Shown here in pieces: positions 27,836 to 37,498 of a stretch of DNA of 64,000 nt; positions within the stretch are counted from its first letter, which is position 1; each line of letters starts with the position of its first letter. The notes below the pieces were generated by a model that made no database searches, was not told where the DNA came from, and worked only from the letters and a program-made list of their open reading frames with translations. The translations under genes were made by a program, and so were the position numbers. The DNA is taken from the sequence record OK040170.1; one strand, written 5' to 3'.

Positions 27836-28141
27836 ATGGTCATGATGTCTTTACCTACCGCAATCGTTGCTGCAAGTGACATGGAAGAAACCTTTGGTGA
27901 AACCGTTACTCATGGCGGCTTCTCCGATAACGGTATGTTCCTTCTGTCTAACGACGGTAAGTTCCGTAACATCGTAGGGAGTAGTGATGACGGACGTAAA
28001 CTCTGGGATGAGTTAACTAAAGCTCGTACTATGGGTAAACCTATCCTCTGGGGCACTGGCTTCTTCAGTGAGGATCTGGTACTGAAAGGGTTCGGTGAGG
28101 AACTCGATAAGTCTTACCGTAAAAGTTACCAAATGAAATAA
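27836..28141 (+). CDS. hypothetical protein
   Basis: 101 aa, GGAG RBS. Confidence 0.7.
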   Translation: MVMMSLPTAIVAASDMEETFGETVTHGGFSDNGMFLLSNDGKFRNIVGSSDDGRKLWDELTKARTMGKPILWGTGFFSEDLVLKGFGEELDKSYRKSYQMK

Positions 28142-28151
28142 ATCTCACATC

Positions 28152-28167
28152 TATATCACTCTATTGA
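28152..28167 (+). promoter_or_regulatory. early promoter variant TATATCAC-N5-TGA
   Basis: Consensus-like site upstream of 28235. Confidence 0.7.
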
Positions 28168-28234
28168 TAACGAATCAAATAAATGTTTTCGTTATCAATA
28201 ACCATTCATTCAAACTGCAAAATAGGAGACTAAC

Positions 28235-28582
28235 ATGTCTAATGCAAACCAAACTAAAACCACCTTCTCTCTCGCTGATATCGAAGCTCAAGTCATGGAA
28301 CTCGAAGGTATCCGTATCGTCTTCCACGCTCCAGCTCGCTTGAAACTTACCGGCGTTTCCTACGCTGATAAATACAGCAACAAAGTTGCCCATAACGGTA
28401 ATGCGACTTTGCTCATCAACCGCGTGAAAGCAGTTATCAAAGGCGCTGTGAACGGTAACCAGCGCGGCTGGCTTTCCACCTACCCAATCACCGAAATCGA
28501 TTTCGTTATCGTCGACGGTACCGGTAACGTACCTAACGGCGGCACGCACATCAAAACCATCCGTGATTCTTACTCTAAGTAA
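28235..28582 (+). CDS. hypothetical early protein
   Basis: 115 aa, AGGAG RBS, strong codon bias, single-gene unit. Confidence 0.8.
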   Translation: MSNANQTKTTFSLADIEAQVMELEGIRIVFHAPARLKLTGVSYADKYSNKVAHNGNATLLINRVKAVIKGAVNGNQRGWLSTYPITEIDFVIVDGTGNVPNGGTHIKTIRDSYSK

Positions 28583-28641
28583 TAATCAATAAATAAAGGG
28601 GCTTCGGCTCCTTTATTTTTTTGTTCAATTTGGAGATACTC

Positions 28642-29076
28642 ATGACTTTAGCAAATGAACCGGCTGGGGAAGTTGTACTCATCAGCTGCAAGGTTAAGTC
28701 TCTCGGACTAGAGTTCATCTCCGAGTTGACTTACAAAATGGAAGAAGACGTTTCAGTTATCGCCGGGCAATCTGTTCAGCGTTTATTGAACGAGGTACGT
28801 AAGTTAGCTGCTAGCGTTAACAAACGAACTTTCTTTCTGATCTACCCATGGGAGTTCCTGAAGGTTTCTTGCGAATCAGATATCGATTATATCTCCTTAT
28901 TCGAGGAGGCTATAAAAGATACTCTGGTTACCCTCTTGATCTTCCACAAACCGTCCACATTCAAATATAACGACGGTACCCATCCAAAGTTACGGGGTAA
29001 AATTAAAACCTCGTACAGGCTCTCTAAGACAGAATTCTCACGCACCATCGTAAAGGTAAAAGGAAAATTATGTTGA
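28642..29076 (+). CDS. hypothetical protein
   Basis: GGAG RBS before ATG 28642. Confidence 0.65.
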   Translation: MTLANEPAGEVVLISCKVKSLGLEFISELTYKMEEDVSVIAGQSVQRLLNEVRKLAASVNKRTFFLIYPWEFLKVSCESDIDYISLFEEAIKDTLVTLLIFHKPSTFKYNDGTHPKLRGKIKTSYRLSKTEFSRTIVKVKGKLC

Positions 29077-29438
29077 CTCGCTATGAACGTATTGAGTTTC
29101 TCCTTAAGTCAACGGGCTCGGATATTAAGGTAGTTCGCCGGAACCTACCAAAGATCAGCGATCAGCTTCGTAAGAAGTGGAATACTCGCGGTCTGATATT
29201 TGATGCCATTGATTCTAATGGCCGTGCATTAGAGATGCGCCTGCTTCTTATCTACTTCAGAATCCCTGAAGGTAAGCTGTTGAAGTTAAACTGGCGTAAG
29301 TTTAAGAAATCTGTATCCAAGGAACTAGGTCAGGAATTCGTCCAATGTTTCAATCGCCCCAAACCGCATTGGATCGTTTCAAAGATCTCTGAGGATCGCG
29401 ACTACTTTAATGTCTGGGTTTCAGATAAAAAACCATAG
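29070..29438 (+). CDS. hypothetical basic protein
   Basis: 122 aa. Confidence 0.65.
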   Translation: MLTRYERIEFLLKSTGSDIKVVRRNLPKISDQLRKKWNTRGLIFDAIDSNGRALEMRLLLIYFRIPEGKLLKLNWRKFKKSVSKELGQEFVQCFNRPKPHWIVSKISEDRDYFNVWVSDKKP

Positions 29439-29459
29439 TGCCTCCGAAAGGACGGCACA

Positions 29460-29490
29460 AAAGAAAGGGCCGAAGCCCTTTCTTTTTTTT
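29460..29490. terminator. bidirectional terminator between convergent units
   Basis: aaagaaagggc-cgaa-gccctttcttt with T-run. Confidence 0.8.
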
Positions 29491-29504
29491 GCTTTTTTGA
29501 TGAC

Positions 29505-30776
29505 TTAGTCGATGCACTTCTCGATCAGGTCAAGTTCTGCGTTAGCCACTTTGAAGAAGTGACTGGTGTACGCAGCTACCGGGCCGGTGTAGCAACGAGT
29601 GTACATGCGAGACATGGAGTTAACCAGAGCCCACATGGAACGAGTGTCTTCGCCTTCCAGGATCCAGGTGATAACACCAGACAGTTCAGCAGATGCCCAG
29701 TCGATGTTTGCCATGGCGTTGGTTTTGGAGAAGGTTGCCAGGGTACCTGATGCAGTTTTCAGTTTACGGATGATGCCAGTTGCACTGGACTTATCCATGC
29801 CCTTGAACTTAACGGCGGAAGAGTGGTCGTTACTGGCCGGTCCGATATCAACCAGAGTCTTCTTAGCTGCGTTAGGGATCTGGTTAGCTTCAGTTACCTG
29901 AGTACCGAAGTTAGAACCCACGTAGAAAGAACCCAGCTCTTTGGAGTTTTCACCGTACAGGCCTTTGGCTTGTTTCTGGAAGTCGTTGAACAACTTAACC
30001 AGTTTGCCACGCAGGTCATCGCGCAGACGGTCATTGTCTTTACCGCGACCAGAGTTACGAGCAGCCTGGACTACTACTTCCAGGAATTTGTCGTATTCAC
30101 CAGCGGTCAGTTTGGACAGACCTACACCTTTACCCTGGACATCCCGGATGAAGGTTTCCACAGCAGAGTTCAGGGCAGCGGCGTTATCGATCTGATCATT
30201 ACCTACGGTCAGGGCGCGTTTAGCCAGAGCTTTAGGAACGTCGACTTCTTCTTTGAATTCGCCGGAACCTACTTTACTTTCTACTTCCTGAATACGTTTC
30301 TTCAGAGCGCCCAGGCGAGTGAAGGTTGATTTCATAAAGTCGGTGAAGGCATCTTTCGCAGATTCTACCAGATCACCAACGGCGCCGACCAGGGCTTTGA
30401 TTTTGTCCTGGAAGCCTTCCAGGGAAACGGTGGAGTCTACATACGCTTCCATCGAAGGCATGACTTCTTCCACTTCGATACCGGTGCCGTCCAGGTTAGC
30501 GGCGGTCGCTTGTTCGATCAGCGCAACTTCGTTGATCGGGGTATTTTGGTTTGGGTTGATTTCGCTTTCGATGAACTCGCACATGTCGGTCATGCGATCG
30601 GCGCGGTCGGTCAGATTCTCTGACTCATCCAGGCGGTCAGCGATACCGTTGCGGCCTTCTTCCAATTCAACTGCCAGTTCGGCGTCATCGACATAATCAG
30701 GGATGTCGATTGATTCAAACGCTGGGCAGGAGAATTCTTCGCGTTTCTGTTGGATGATATTCCGGGTGTGTTTCAT
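29505..30776 (-). CDS. internal head (inner body/ejection) protein with acidic propeptide
   Basis: Acidic N-terminal ~120 aa ending PSMEAY...VSLEGFQDKIK, matching the S/A/G-x-E cleavage motif of phiKZ head proteins. Confidence 0.75.
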   Translation of the reverse strand: MKHTRNIIQQKREEFSCPAFESIDIPDYVDDAELAVELEEGRNGIADRLDESENLTDRADRMTDMCEFIESEINPNQNTPINEVALIEQATAANLDGTGIEVEEVMPSMEAYVDSTVSLEGFQDKIKALVGAVGDLVESAKDAFTDFMKSTFTRLGALKKRIQEVESKVGSGEFKEEVDVPKALAKRALTVGNDQIDNAAALNSAVETFIRDVQGKGVGLSKLTAGEYDKFLEVVVQAARNSGRGKDNDRLRDDLRGKLVKLFNDFQKQAKGLYGENSKELGSFYVGSNFGTQVTEANQIPNAAKKTLVDIGPASNDHSSAVKFKGMDKSSATGIIRKLKTASGTLATFSKTNAMANIDWASAELSGVITWILEGEDTRSMWALVNSMSRMYTRCYTGPVAAYTSHFFKVANAELDLIEKCID

Positions 30777-30829
30777 GGTAGTCTCTAGTCCTTGGATACG
30801 GATAAAAAGGCCGGTAAACCGGCCATTTG

Positions 30830-33007
30830 TTAAATTTGCCTCATATAGATACTGTTGATCCGATGAGCCATGTTCATTGGTGCCCGAGTAACGTCAATCA
30901 TGAACGCTGCATGGGTCGCCCAGTCAGGAATCGTGGTAAAGGAAAGTGGCTGTCCGTCGTAACCTTGGATGTTAAGCGGAGTCTCGTAAGTCTTGATCGA
31001 GGACCCTGGTCCGTTCAACTGAAGGTCGTAACCGCCACCAAATACCGACTTGTAAACGATAGGTGAACGCTCATCGTCTGGACCGAAGAACTCAGCTGCC
31101 ATGTAGACTACGCGAATACTAATCGTACCCGAAGATGCCCAACTACTTAAGTTGACTCGAGCGATTACCGGACCGTTACCTTTGAGAGGCATAGAACCGA
31201 TATACAGTTGATACTTACCATCTTTAGGTACGGTGTTAGTACCGACTTGCATGTAACCGTTAAGGCGCTGGATGGAGAAGTTAGTAGACGAGGCAGTACC
31301 CCAGCCCACTCGGTTCTTACGAATCTCACAACCCGTACCGCCAGGAGATGGGATCCAAACTTCGTGTGCGTAGTGAGATACATCGCTAAAGATCTCTGAA
31401 CGAATGTAGTTCTCTTCAGGGACTTCAGGTTGAATCGAAGTCAATGCCAACGGCGGGCCGTTCTGCGGCAACTTACTATCACGGAAGGTAACTGTACCTT
31501 TACCCGATACCCAACCAGTAATTGCAGGGTCGTCGTTGCTGATACCCAAATTACTGAAGTAACATTTATCGAACGACATCGCACAGCGATCACCCGCAAA
31601 GAAGACGTTACTCTTAGCCTTCGTATTGGATGCACGGAAAATGAAGTTAACGCCGTTGAACGCGATATTGGCATTGAGTCCGTCTTTCACTTCGAAAGCA
31701 TACTCGTAAGGACCTTCGCCTTCGAACCAGCCATCATTAAAGATCAAACGAGCCGAACCACTGTCTACTAAGACGTAACGCTTGTACGCATAGTCGAAGG
31801 AACAGTTGTCAAAGATCGTGTGTGCTTTGTTAACGTTGATGAAGTAATTCGACTGGGAGAAGATACAGGAGATGAAGTGGATCTGTTCCCCGGAGTTAGT
31901 CATTGCAGCATTGTTGGTGTAGCAGATGTTACAATGGTTAAACTGGTAGTTGAAGAACTTGACGTAGTACGTATTGGAGTTATAGGTAAACCCAGTGGAG
32001 AAAAGATCACAACCGCCACCCATAAAGCACATGGAGTTCTGTGCCCAGAAATAAGCGAAGGTGTCGTTCATCCCCATGAAGTGCACGTACTTATCCATCC
32101 CAGGTCCGACCGCACGGAGATTACGACACTCCATGGTACCTTGGGTATAACCACGCAAGTTAACCCAGCTAATGCCGTATACAGGTGCCGCTGCAGTACC
32201 TGGGGTCATCATGGTAAAGTCGAGGATGGCTCCAGAGAAATCGTAATCGATTGTCTTAGTCTGAAGCGTAATCGTAGTCTTGATAAAGTACCGACCAGGA
32301 TTACATTCCATCTTAATGTTACCGTTAATCGAACGAGTCGTATCGTTAGTAAACGGAACAGTCTCAGACCACTTGGACATCCGGGTAAATGCAGGGCCAG
32401 AGTCGATGCTGTTGTCGTTAGGCGTCGCGCCCCAGAACGTAGGGTTGATTACACCGGCGTTGTCGAATACACGTTTCCACCGACTACCATCTGTGGCAAC
32501 AATAGTTGCACCACCGTCATCGGTAGAAGTTTTGTCCGCCTTAATAAAGGCAAACTTACCGCCACCGATACCTGAACCTGCACGATAACTTTTAACTTCA
32601 ATAACTTCGTTATCGAAAATAGGTTTAGTAGTACGAAGATCAGAGACGCTCTCAACCGTACGTAATACTTTAGCGTACTGGAGTGCTTCGTTGGTGATGA
32701 GACGTTTAATCTTACCCTGTTCGTTCAGTGTAGCTACTGCACCGGCATCGTTACGAGTATATTCGTTAACGTAGAAGTGGCGACTGTCTTCGTAAGTAAA
32801 GAAAATATCGCCGACTTTAGTTGCTGCGATCCCTTTCTCAAGAGAATCAAACGCAGAATGATAATCAAGTTGTTTACGCAGATCGTTCAAGTCCAATACT
32901 GCGGTTTCCAATACACCTTGTTCATTCACCGTGTTGAATGGGAAATAGTCGTTTTCTTTTGGCGTAGACGACGAAGGTAATTGAGATATCTTTTGGCCAT
33001 TAATCAT
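30830..33007 (-). CDS. tailspike / tail fibre with beta-helix
   Basis: N-terminal anchor; SYRAGSGIGGGKF and DDGGATIVATDGSRWKR tailspike linker; WGATPND start of beta-helix. Confidence 0.8.
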   Translation of the reverse strand: MINGQKISQLPSSSTPKENDYFPFNTVNEQGVLETAVLDLNDLRKQLDYHSAFDSLEKGIAATKVGDIFFTYEDSRHFYVNEYTRNDAGAVATLNEQGKIKRLITNEALQYAKVLRTVESVSDLRTTKPIFDNEVIEVKSYRAGSGIGGGKFAFIKADKTSTDDGGATIVATDGSRWKRVFDNAGVINPTFWGATPNDNSIDSGPAFTRMSKWSETVPFTNDTTRSINGNIKMECNPGRYFIKTTITLQTKTIDYDFSGAILDFTMMTPGTAAAPVYGISWVNLRGYTQGTMECRNLRAVGPGMDKYVHFMGMNDTFAYFWAQNSMCFMGGGCDLFSTGFTYNSNTYYVKFFNYQFNHCNICYTNNAAMTNSGEQIHFISCIFSQSNYFINVNKAHTIFDNCSFDYAYKRYVLVDSGSARLIFNDGWFEGEGPYEYAFEVKDGLNANIAFNGVNFIFRASNTKAKSNVFFAGDRCAMSFDKCYFSNLGISNDDPAITGWVSGKGTVTFRDSKLPQNGPPLALTSIQPEVPEENYIRSEIFSDVSHYAHEVWIPSPGGTGCEIRKNRVGWGTASSTNFSIQRLNGYMQVGTNTVPKDGKYQLYIGSMPLKGNGPVIARVNLSSWASSGTISIRVVYMAAEFFGPDDERSPIVYKSVFGGGYDLQLNGPGSSIKTYETPLNIQGYDGQPLSFTTIPDWATHAAFMIDVTRAPMNMAHRINSIYMRQI

Positions 33008-33091
33008 GAGATAACCTTATCTGTATTTGGTCAATTCATAGGAAGTTGCATAATAGAGTAGAGCGGTCACCCGCTCTACTCGTATGTTTAT

Positions 33092-34648
33092 TTACTGCAT
33101 CCAGCCGATGTTGTTTCCATTGTTACCAATTACGTCGGGTAACGCGTTAACGGTACCAGAGTTAAAGGCAGAAGATCCAGCCATCAATCGGATTAACTTC
33201 GCTGCCTCTAGACCAGACGGCGGTACGTCGCTGAGATTAGAGAACTTAGGGTCCTCAAAAATAGAATTCGTTACCGTACCCGACCGAGGGTTCCAGTCGC
33301 GCGGATCCCCAGACTCTGTCCAGAAAATGTTATTCTTCCAGATGATGTTATTGAAGTTACCGTATCCGATCTCGCCCGGTGCGCCAGTACCAGACCTGTA
33401 CCGCGGGTATTTGAAGTAGAAGATGTTATTCTCCATAACCATCGGATACTTTTTCCAGATAGGCTCGTAGTAATACTCCAGCAGTTCCACTAAGTGGAGA
33501 TCGGTTCTACTGATCGTATCTATAATTGTACAGTTACGCACTGCACAGTTTACAGGATTACTCACGAACGTTATCTTAGGGTACCAGCCACCGTAAATCC
33601 CTCTGGCAACTGCATCGTTGTAAGAAAGACAATATTCGAAAACGCAGTTCTGGATACCGTGCTCTTCGGTGATCAAGAATTTTTCAGCTTCCTCAAGAGA
33701 TGCAAAGTTTTTACCTTTACTCTCCGCATCAGCAAACATGATAAACCCGCCTGCGTTATTGTGGCTATAGCAGTAACGTACCCAAACGTTCTTACAGTTA
33801 CCGTCGATATCAAACCCCATCTTATCGTAACGGTTAGGGAGTGTACCTGCCGCTTCGCAGTACTCGATACCGGTATTAGCACAACCATACATCCACATAG
33901 CTGCTGTGTAGATAGTCGTGTCATCGCGGTAAGCAGACGAACGAGAGTAGCAGTTAGTCATGCACGCTTTCCCTTCTCCATCAGCACGCATGACCATCCA
34001 CGAGTCACCTACTCCGTCCAAATGGGAGCAGTTGTCTATCAGCACTTTCTTAGCTCGGTAAGGATCACCGCCATCAATGCGATAATAAGCGCCACCACCA
34101 TTTATCTGAGCAGCCCAGTGACCGCCGTAGACATTACAGTTCTTGATGTACAGAACATCATTGCTGTATTTCAGATTGGCGCCGCCGATAGCGTCGATGT
34201 AAAAGGCTTTCGTCTTTGTAACTACAGTGGTCTGATAAACCACATCAACATTAGTGATGCCCACATTAGCGACGTTGTTGTTCAGACCCTCACTATCTGC
34301 CCTAAGAAAAATTGCATTCTCAGAGGTATAAGAGAAAAGATCTACAGTTACGTCAATGTCAGTTATCAATAAGTTCTTAACTAAGGTAGACGTAATCACA
34401 GGGGTCGATGCGGACAACGGTAACAAGATGGGTTTATTACCCGTACCGTAAGAGCCGATCGTGGTCAGTTCCGTCTGACCTGTCATCGAAGGTAGCTGAA
34501 TCGAAACCCTCTCCTGCGTACCGCGTTTAATCAGGGCGGTGTACGGGTAACTCAAGTTCAATATCTCGTTTAGAGTATTGAATGGTTTAGCCATTGTCCC
34601 GTCACCGTTGACCTTTGCCGATGGGTCTACGTAATAAGTATTAGACAT
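33092..34648 (-). CDS. right-handed beta-helix polysaccharide lyase/depolymerase-like protein
   Basis: TYYVDPS...GDGTMAKPFNTL start; repeated CxxxNC turns; GFDID...HNNAGG motifs. Confidence 0.75.
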   Translation of the reverse strand: MSNTYYVDPSAKVNGDGTMAKPFNTLNEILNLSYPYTALIKRGTQERVSIQLPSMTGQTELTTIGSYGTGNKPILLPLSASTPVITSTLVKNLLITDIDVTVDLFSYTSENAIFLRADSEGLNNNVANVGITNVDVVYQTTVVTKTKAFYIDAIGGANLKYSNDVLYIKNCNVYGGHWAAQINGGGAYYRIDGGDPYRAKKVLIDNCSHLDGVGDSWMVMRADGEGKACMTNCYSRSSAYRDDTTIYTAAMWMYGCANTGIEYCEAAGTLPNRYDKMGFDIDGNCKNVWVRYCYSHNNAGGFIMFADAESKGKNFASLEEAEKFLITEEHGIQNCVFEYCLSYNDAVARGIYGGWYPKITFVSNPVNCAVRNCTIIDTISRTDLHLVELLEYYYEPIWKKYPMVMENNIFYFKYPRYRSGTGAPGEIGYGNFNNIIWKNNIFWTESGDPRDWNPRSGTVTNSIFEDPKFSNLSDVPPSGLEAAKLIRLMAGSSAFNSGTVNALPDVIGNNGNNIGWMQ

Positions 34649-36239
34649 CTTTACTGTACCCCATTGATTCCGGGTTAATGAAGTTTAGGTGGACTATGTC
34701 CCAAGTTTCAAAAGGAACAATAGCCGACATTATTGTAGAGTTCGTTGCTGCAGCGGTAGTATAACGGAAGTTACGGTTATACGTGAAGTCGAACACATAA
34801 CCCGGATTGGCCACCTTCACCGTTTCGGTGGTAGTTGTTTTGGCGTCGAAGTTAACCCCAGTAACCACCGTTTTGTCAATGTACTGATTAGGAGCCTTTA
34901 TCGAGTCCTTGATAGCTTTCGTTAAAGTGAAGGCTTCTGTCAGGTTTAAGGTGAAGTTATTGAACGGGTCGGTAAGTTGTGTTCCAGGTTGCATTGTAAC
35001 AGTTTTAGGCAAACCGATTAACACGAACGTATCAAACCCACAGGCCGGATCCGTGGAAGCGGTCCCAGGAGTCCTGGTTATATCTGCAGCTTTCCCGTCG
35101 GGGTCAGTAAGGTAATTCTCGATCATGAGGTGGGTCATGTTAGCGCCATCGCCGTTCAGGTAATACTCGGCCTTATTCACAATTTTATAAAGTCCGAAGT
35201 TACTATCCCCTTTGACCTTATAACTGATGTAGAAGTTCATGCCTGAGTTTATCATGGAGCAGATAAAGTTACCCTGTAGTGAACGGATATAAATGTGCAG
35301 GGTAGTCCCGGTAGGGCTTCGACCCATCTTAACTCTGTAGTCTGTACCCGGCACTATCGTACCCGATGTAGCTTCCGACTGTATCTTCTGATAATAGAGC
35401 GAACTTCCTTGTTTAAAGTTCTTCTCGTCAGGGACTATAATGGCGCGCGAATTCCAATCTGGGGCACTTGTGAAGAGGAGAGGGTGGCGAATAACCACAG
35501 TGGGTTTTAACCCAGTGTTGGTCGAGAATTCAATCTCGAATTCGTTGTTTATATCACTCTTCCCAGAACCAGGGATCTTCATTATACGGGTCATCTTCCC
35601 GTCCGCCCCGGCCCTACCCGAGTCGGATACATAAGGGTGATGGGTAATAGGAGTTAATGGTACGCGACTATTACGTAGTTGAGTTACCAAACCACCTTGT
35701 CCGTTCACCATGATGAACGACCGATACTCATCGCCACCGAAGGAAATACCTGAGCCGGTTATTGGCTGAGTGCCGGTGGGCCATACGTCGAATTGGCCAC
35801 GTTCACCCTTCCACTCGGTAATTGATTTACTTTTACCGAAGTCGCCCTGAGTTTCACCCTTAAGACCCTGGGATTTTAGGTCATCTACTTTACTGATAAT
35901 CGACGCTAAGGTCTTATCGGTAATGTAGTGGAAGATCTCATTGCCAAGCTCATCTTTTATCTCTACCGCGCCAGCGCCTGCTCGAACGAAAGGACTAACT
36001 TTAAAAATCTCACCATTCTCTTCTGGCTTATATACGTAGAATATTTGACCAGATTTGGTCTTCGCTATTCCCTCAGATGCACTGGAAAATGCACCTTTAT
36101 AGTTGAGCAGGTCTCGCAGGGTCTGTACGCTGATTTTGTTAGTCAGTAAGTTGGATGTGTCAACAACACTCAAAAAGTCAGTGTCATTAAGATCCATCAG
36201 TTCAGGTAGTTTCGAAATAGAGATTCCATTGTTTGACAC
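34641..36239 (-). CDS. tail fibre-like protein
   Basis: N-terminal ~70 aa paralogous to that of 30830-33007 (ISKLP, AFSSASEGIAKTKSGQIFYVY). Confidence 0.7.
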   Translation of the reverse strand: MSNNGISISKLPELMDLNDTDFLSVVDTSNLLTNKISVQTLRDLLNYKGAFSSASEGIAKTKSGQIFYVYKPEENGEIFKVSPFVRAGAGAVEIKDELGNEIFHYITDKTLASIISKVDDLKSQGLKGETQGDFGKSKSITEWKGERGQFDVWPTGTQPITGSGISFGGDEYRSFIMVNGQGGLVTQLRNSRVPLTPITHHPYVSDSGRAGADGKMTRIMKIPGSGKSDINNEFEIEFSTNTGLKPTVVIRHPLLFTSAPDWNSRAIIVPDEKNFKQGSSLYYQKIQSEATSGTIVPGTDYRVKMGRSPTGTTLHIYIRSLQGNFICSMINSGMNFYISYKVKGDSNFGLYKIVNKAEYYLNGDGANMTHLMIENYLTDPDGKAADITRTPGTASTDPACGFDTFVLIGLPKTVTMQPGTQLTDPFNNFTLNLTEAFTLTKAIKDSIKAPNQYIDKTVVTGVNFDAKTTTTETVKVANPGYVFDFTYNRNFRYTTAAATNSTIMSAIVPFETWDIVHLNFINPESMGYSKDV

Positions 36240-36250
36240 GGGGTTCCGCC

Positions 36251-36796
36251 TTATCTATCTGTTTTGAATGGGTTGAATTGAACCGCTAACTGATACGTAT
36301 CAAAGTTCTCGGTTTTCAACTTCCAACCCAAGTAGATTTTGATACGTTTACCTTTAATGAAGCTAGGACCCATGTAATAGATCATCCAGTAGTGGTCTTT
36401 GTAGATCCCTGTCTGATTGTTCCAAGCTGGACCTTTTACCGTCGGTTTGACTGAAGACTTAGGTGCACCCAAGAACCGGATACTGAAGTTATATAGCGGA
36501 TTCCGATAAAGCCAAAGTACTCGACAAATGTACTGCGCTGTTTTTGGCGGTAGGTTCTTTCTCCAGACCGTATGCTCTGTCTTCCAGCCGTTATCCCCAT
36601 CTAAATCGTTATCTGGCATCATGAACCAATCGAGCCATTTAGGAAGTCGTGCATCCTTAGTCGCAAAGATTGGAAGGAATGGTGTCACTACTGCGGCAAC
36701 TGCCAAAGCCAGTAGGTAAACAACCAACAATAAACACCAGTGAATAAATCCCTTCAAGGGAACGGGCGTGCTGAACACCGTAATAGTTTTCATCAT
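36251..36796 (-). CDS. membrane-anchored phage hypothetical protein
   Basis: N-terminal TM; WLDWFMMPDNDLDGDNGW, WLYRNP and YLGWKL motifs. Confidence 0.75.
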   Translation of the reverse strand: MMKTITVFSTPVPLKGFIHWCLLLVVYLLALAVAAVVTPFLPIFATKDARLPKWLDWFMMPDNDLDGDNGWKTEHTVWRKNLPPKTAQYICRVLWLYRNPLYNFSIRFLGAPKSSVKPTVKGPAWNNQTGIYKDHYWMIYYMGPSFIKGKRIKIYLGWKLKTENFDTYQLAVQFNPFKTDR

Positions 36797-36839
36797 GAGT
36801 CACTCTAGGTTAAAGGTCATATCAAACTTAATTTACGCC

Positions 36840-36855
36840 TATATCACAATTATGA
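36840..36855 (+). promoter_or_regulatory. early promoter variant TATATCAC-N5-TGA
   Basis: In the divergent gap, upstream of 36886. Confidence 0.7.
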
Positions 36856-36885
36856 ATAGGATAAATTAATCTGAGGGCTTTATGC

Positions 36886-37407
36886 ATGAACATTGAAAAC
36901 TTCAAGAAAGACTTTGCTGAAATCGCTGACAAATTCAAAGTGATGTACGGTCACTTCAATCCAGAGAAGACTCGTCCAGATCTGGATATCAACAACGGTG
37001 ACTGTGGCGTATTCGCACTGGCTGTCGGTGCAGTACTCCAGAACAAAGGTTACAGTATCCAGTACGTAGATAACCTCAACCACGGCTTCATTCGTCTTTA
37101 CGACGTCGATGAAGACCTCTGCTTCGACAGCAACAACTACGAAGGTTGTTCCACTGCTGACATGAATGAGCGTTGGAGTTCGGATGAAATCAATCCGCTT
37201 GACTACAACGGCATGTGCGATGCATTTGTCCCTTACGACGTTAAGGGTGCGTACATGATCAAAACAATCCTGGATCATTACTCGGTCCCATTGCCAGAGT
37301 ATATCCAGAACGTACTCAAAGAAGAACTCGAATACGAGATCACCGAGTACGTTGAGAAATACCAAGTGTTCATGGCTCGGTCTATCGAAGAAATGAACGC
37401 AGCGTAA
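36886..37407 (+). CDS. putative papain/transglutaminase-like Cys-His-Asp protein
   Basis: NGDCGVFALAV, NHGFI, CFDS order. Confidence 0.5.
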   Translation: MNIENFKKDFAEIADKFKVMYGHFNPEKTRPDLDINNGDCGVFALAVGAVLQNKGYSIQYVDNLNHGFIRLYDVDEDLCFDSNNYEGCSTADMNERWSSDEINPLDYNGMCDAFVPYDVKGAYMIKTILDHYSVPLPEYIQNVLKEELEYEITEYVEKYQVFMARSIEEMNAA

Positions 37408-37498
37408 CCCTGAGCAATTCCGCTCGACACCCCGGCCGTAGTTCTCACAGGTCAATAGCGACACTCGTAGAGGCTACGGTTTTTAGGAGAGTAGTACG

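Noticed and set aside
34641-34648. Programmed frameshift fusing 34641 and 33092
   Set aside because: No slippery heptamer at the junction; an 8-nt overlap is a common translational-coupling arrangement.
37408-37498. Hairpins before 37499 considered as a riboswitch
   Set aside because: Only an imperfect stem (37436-37479) with a short T-run; no recognisable aptamer motif. More likely a weak terminator or processing site.
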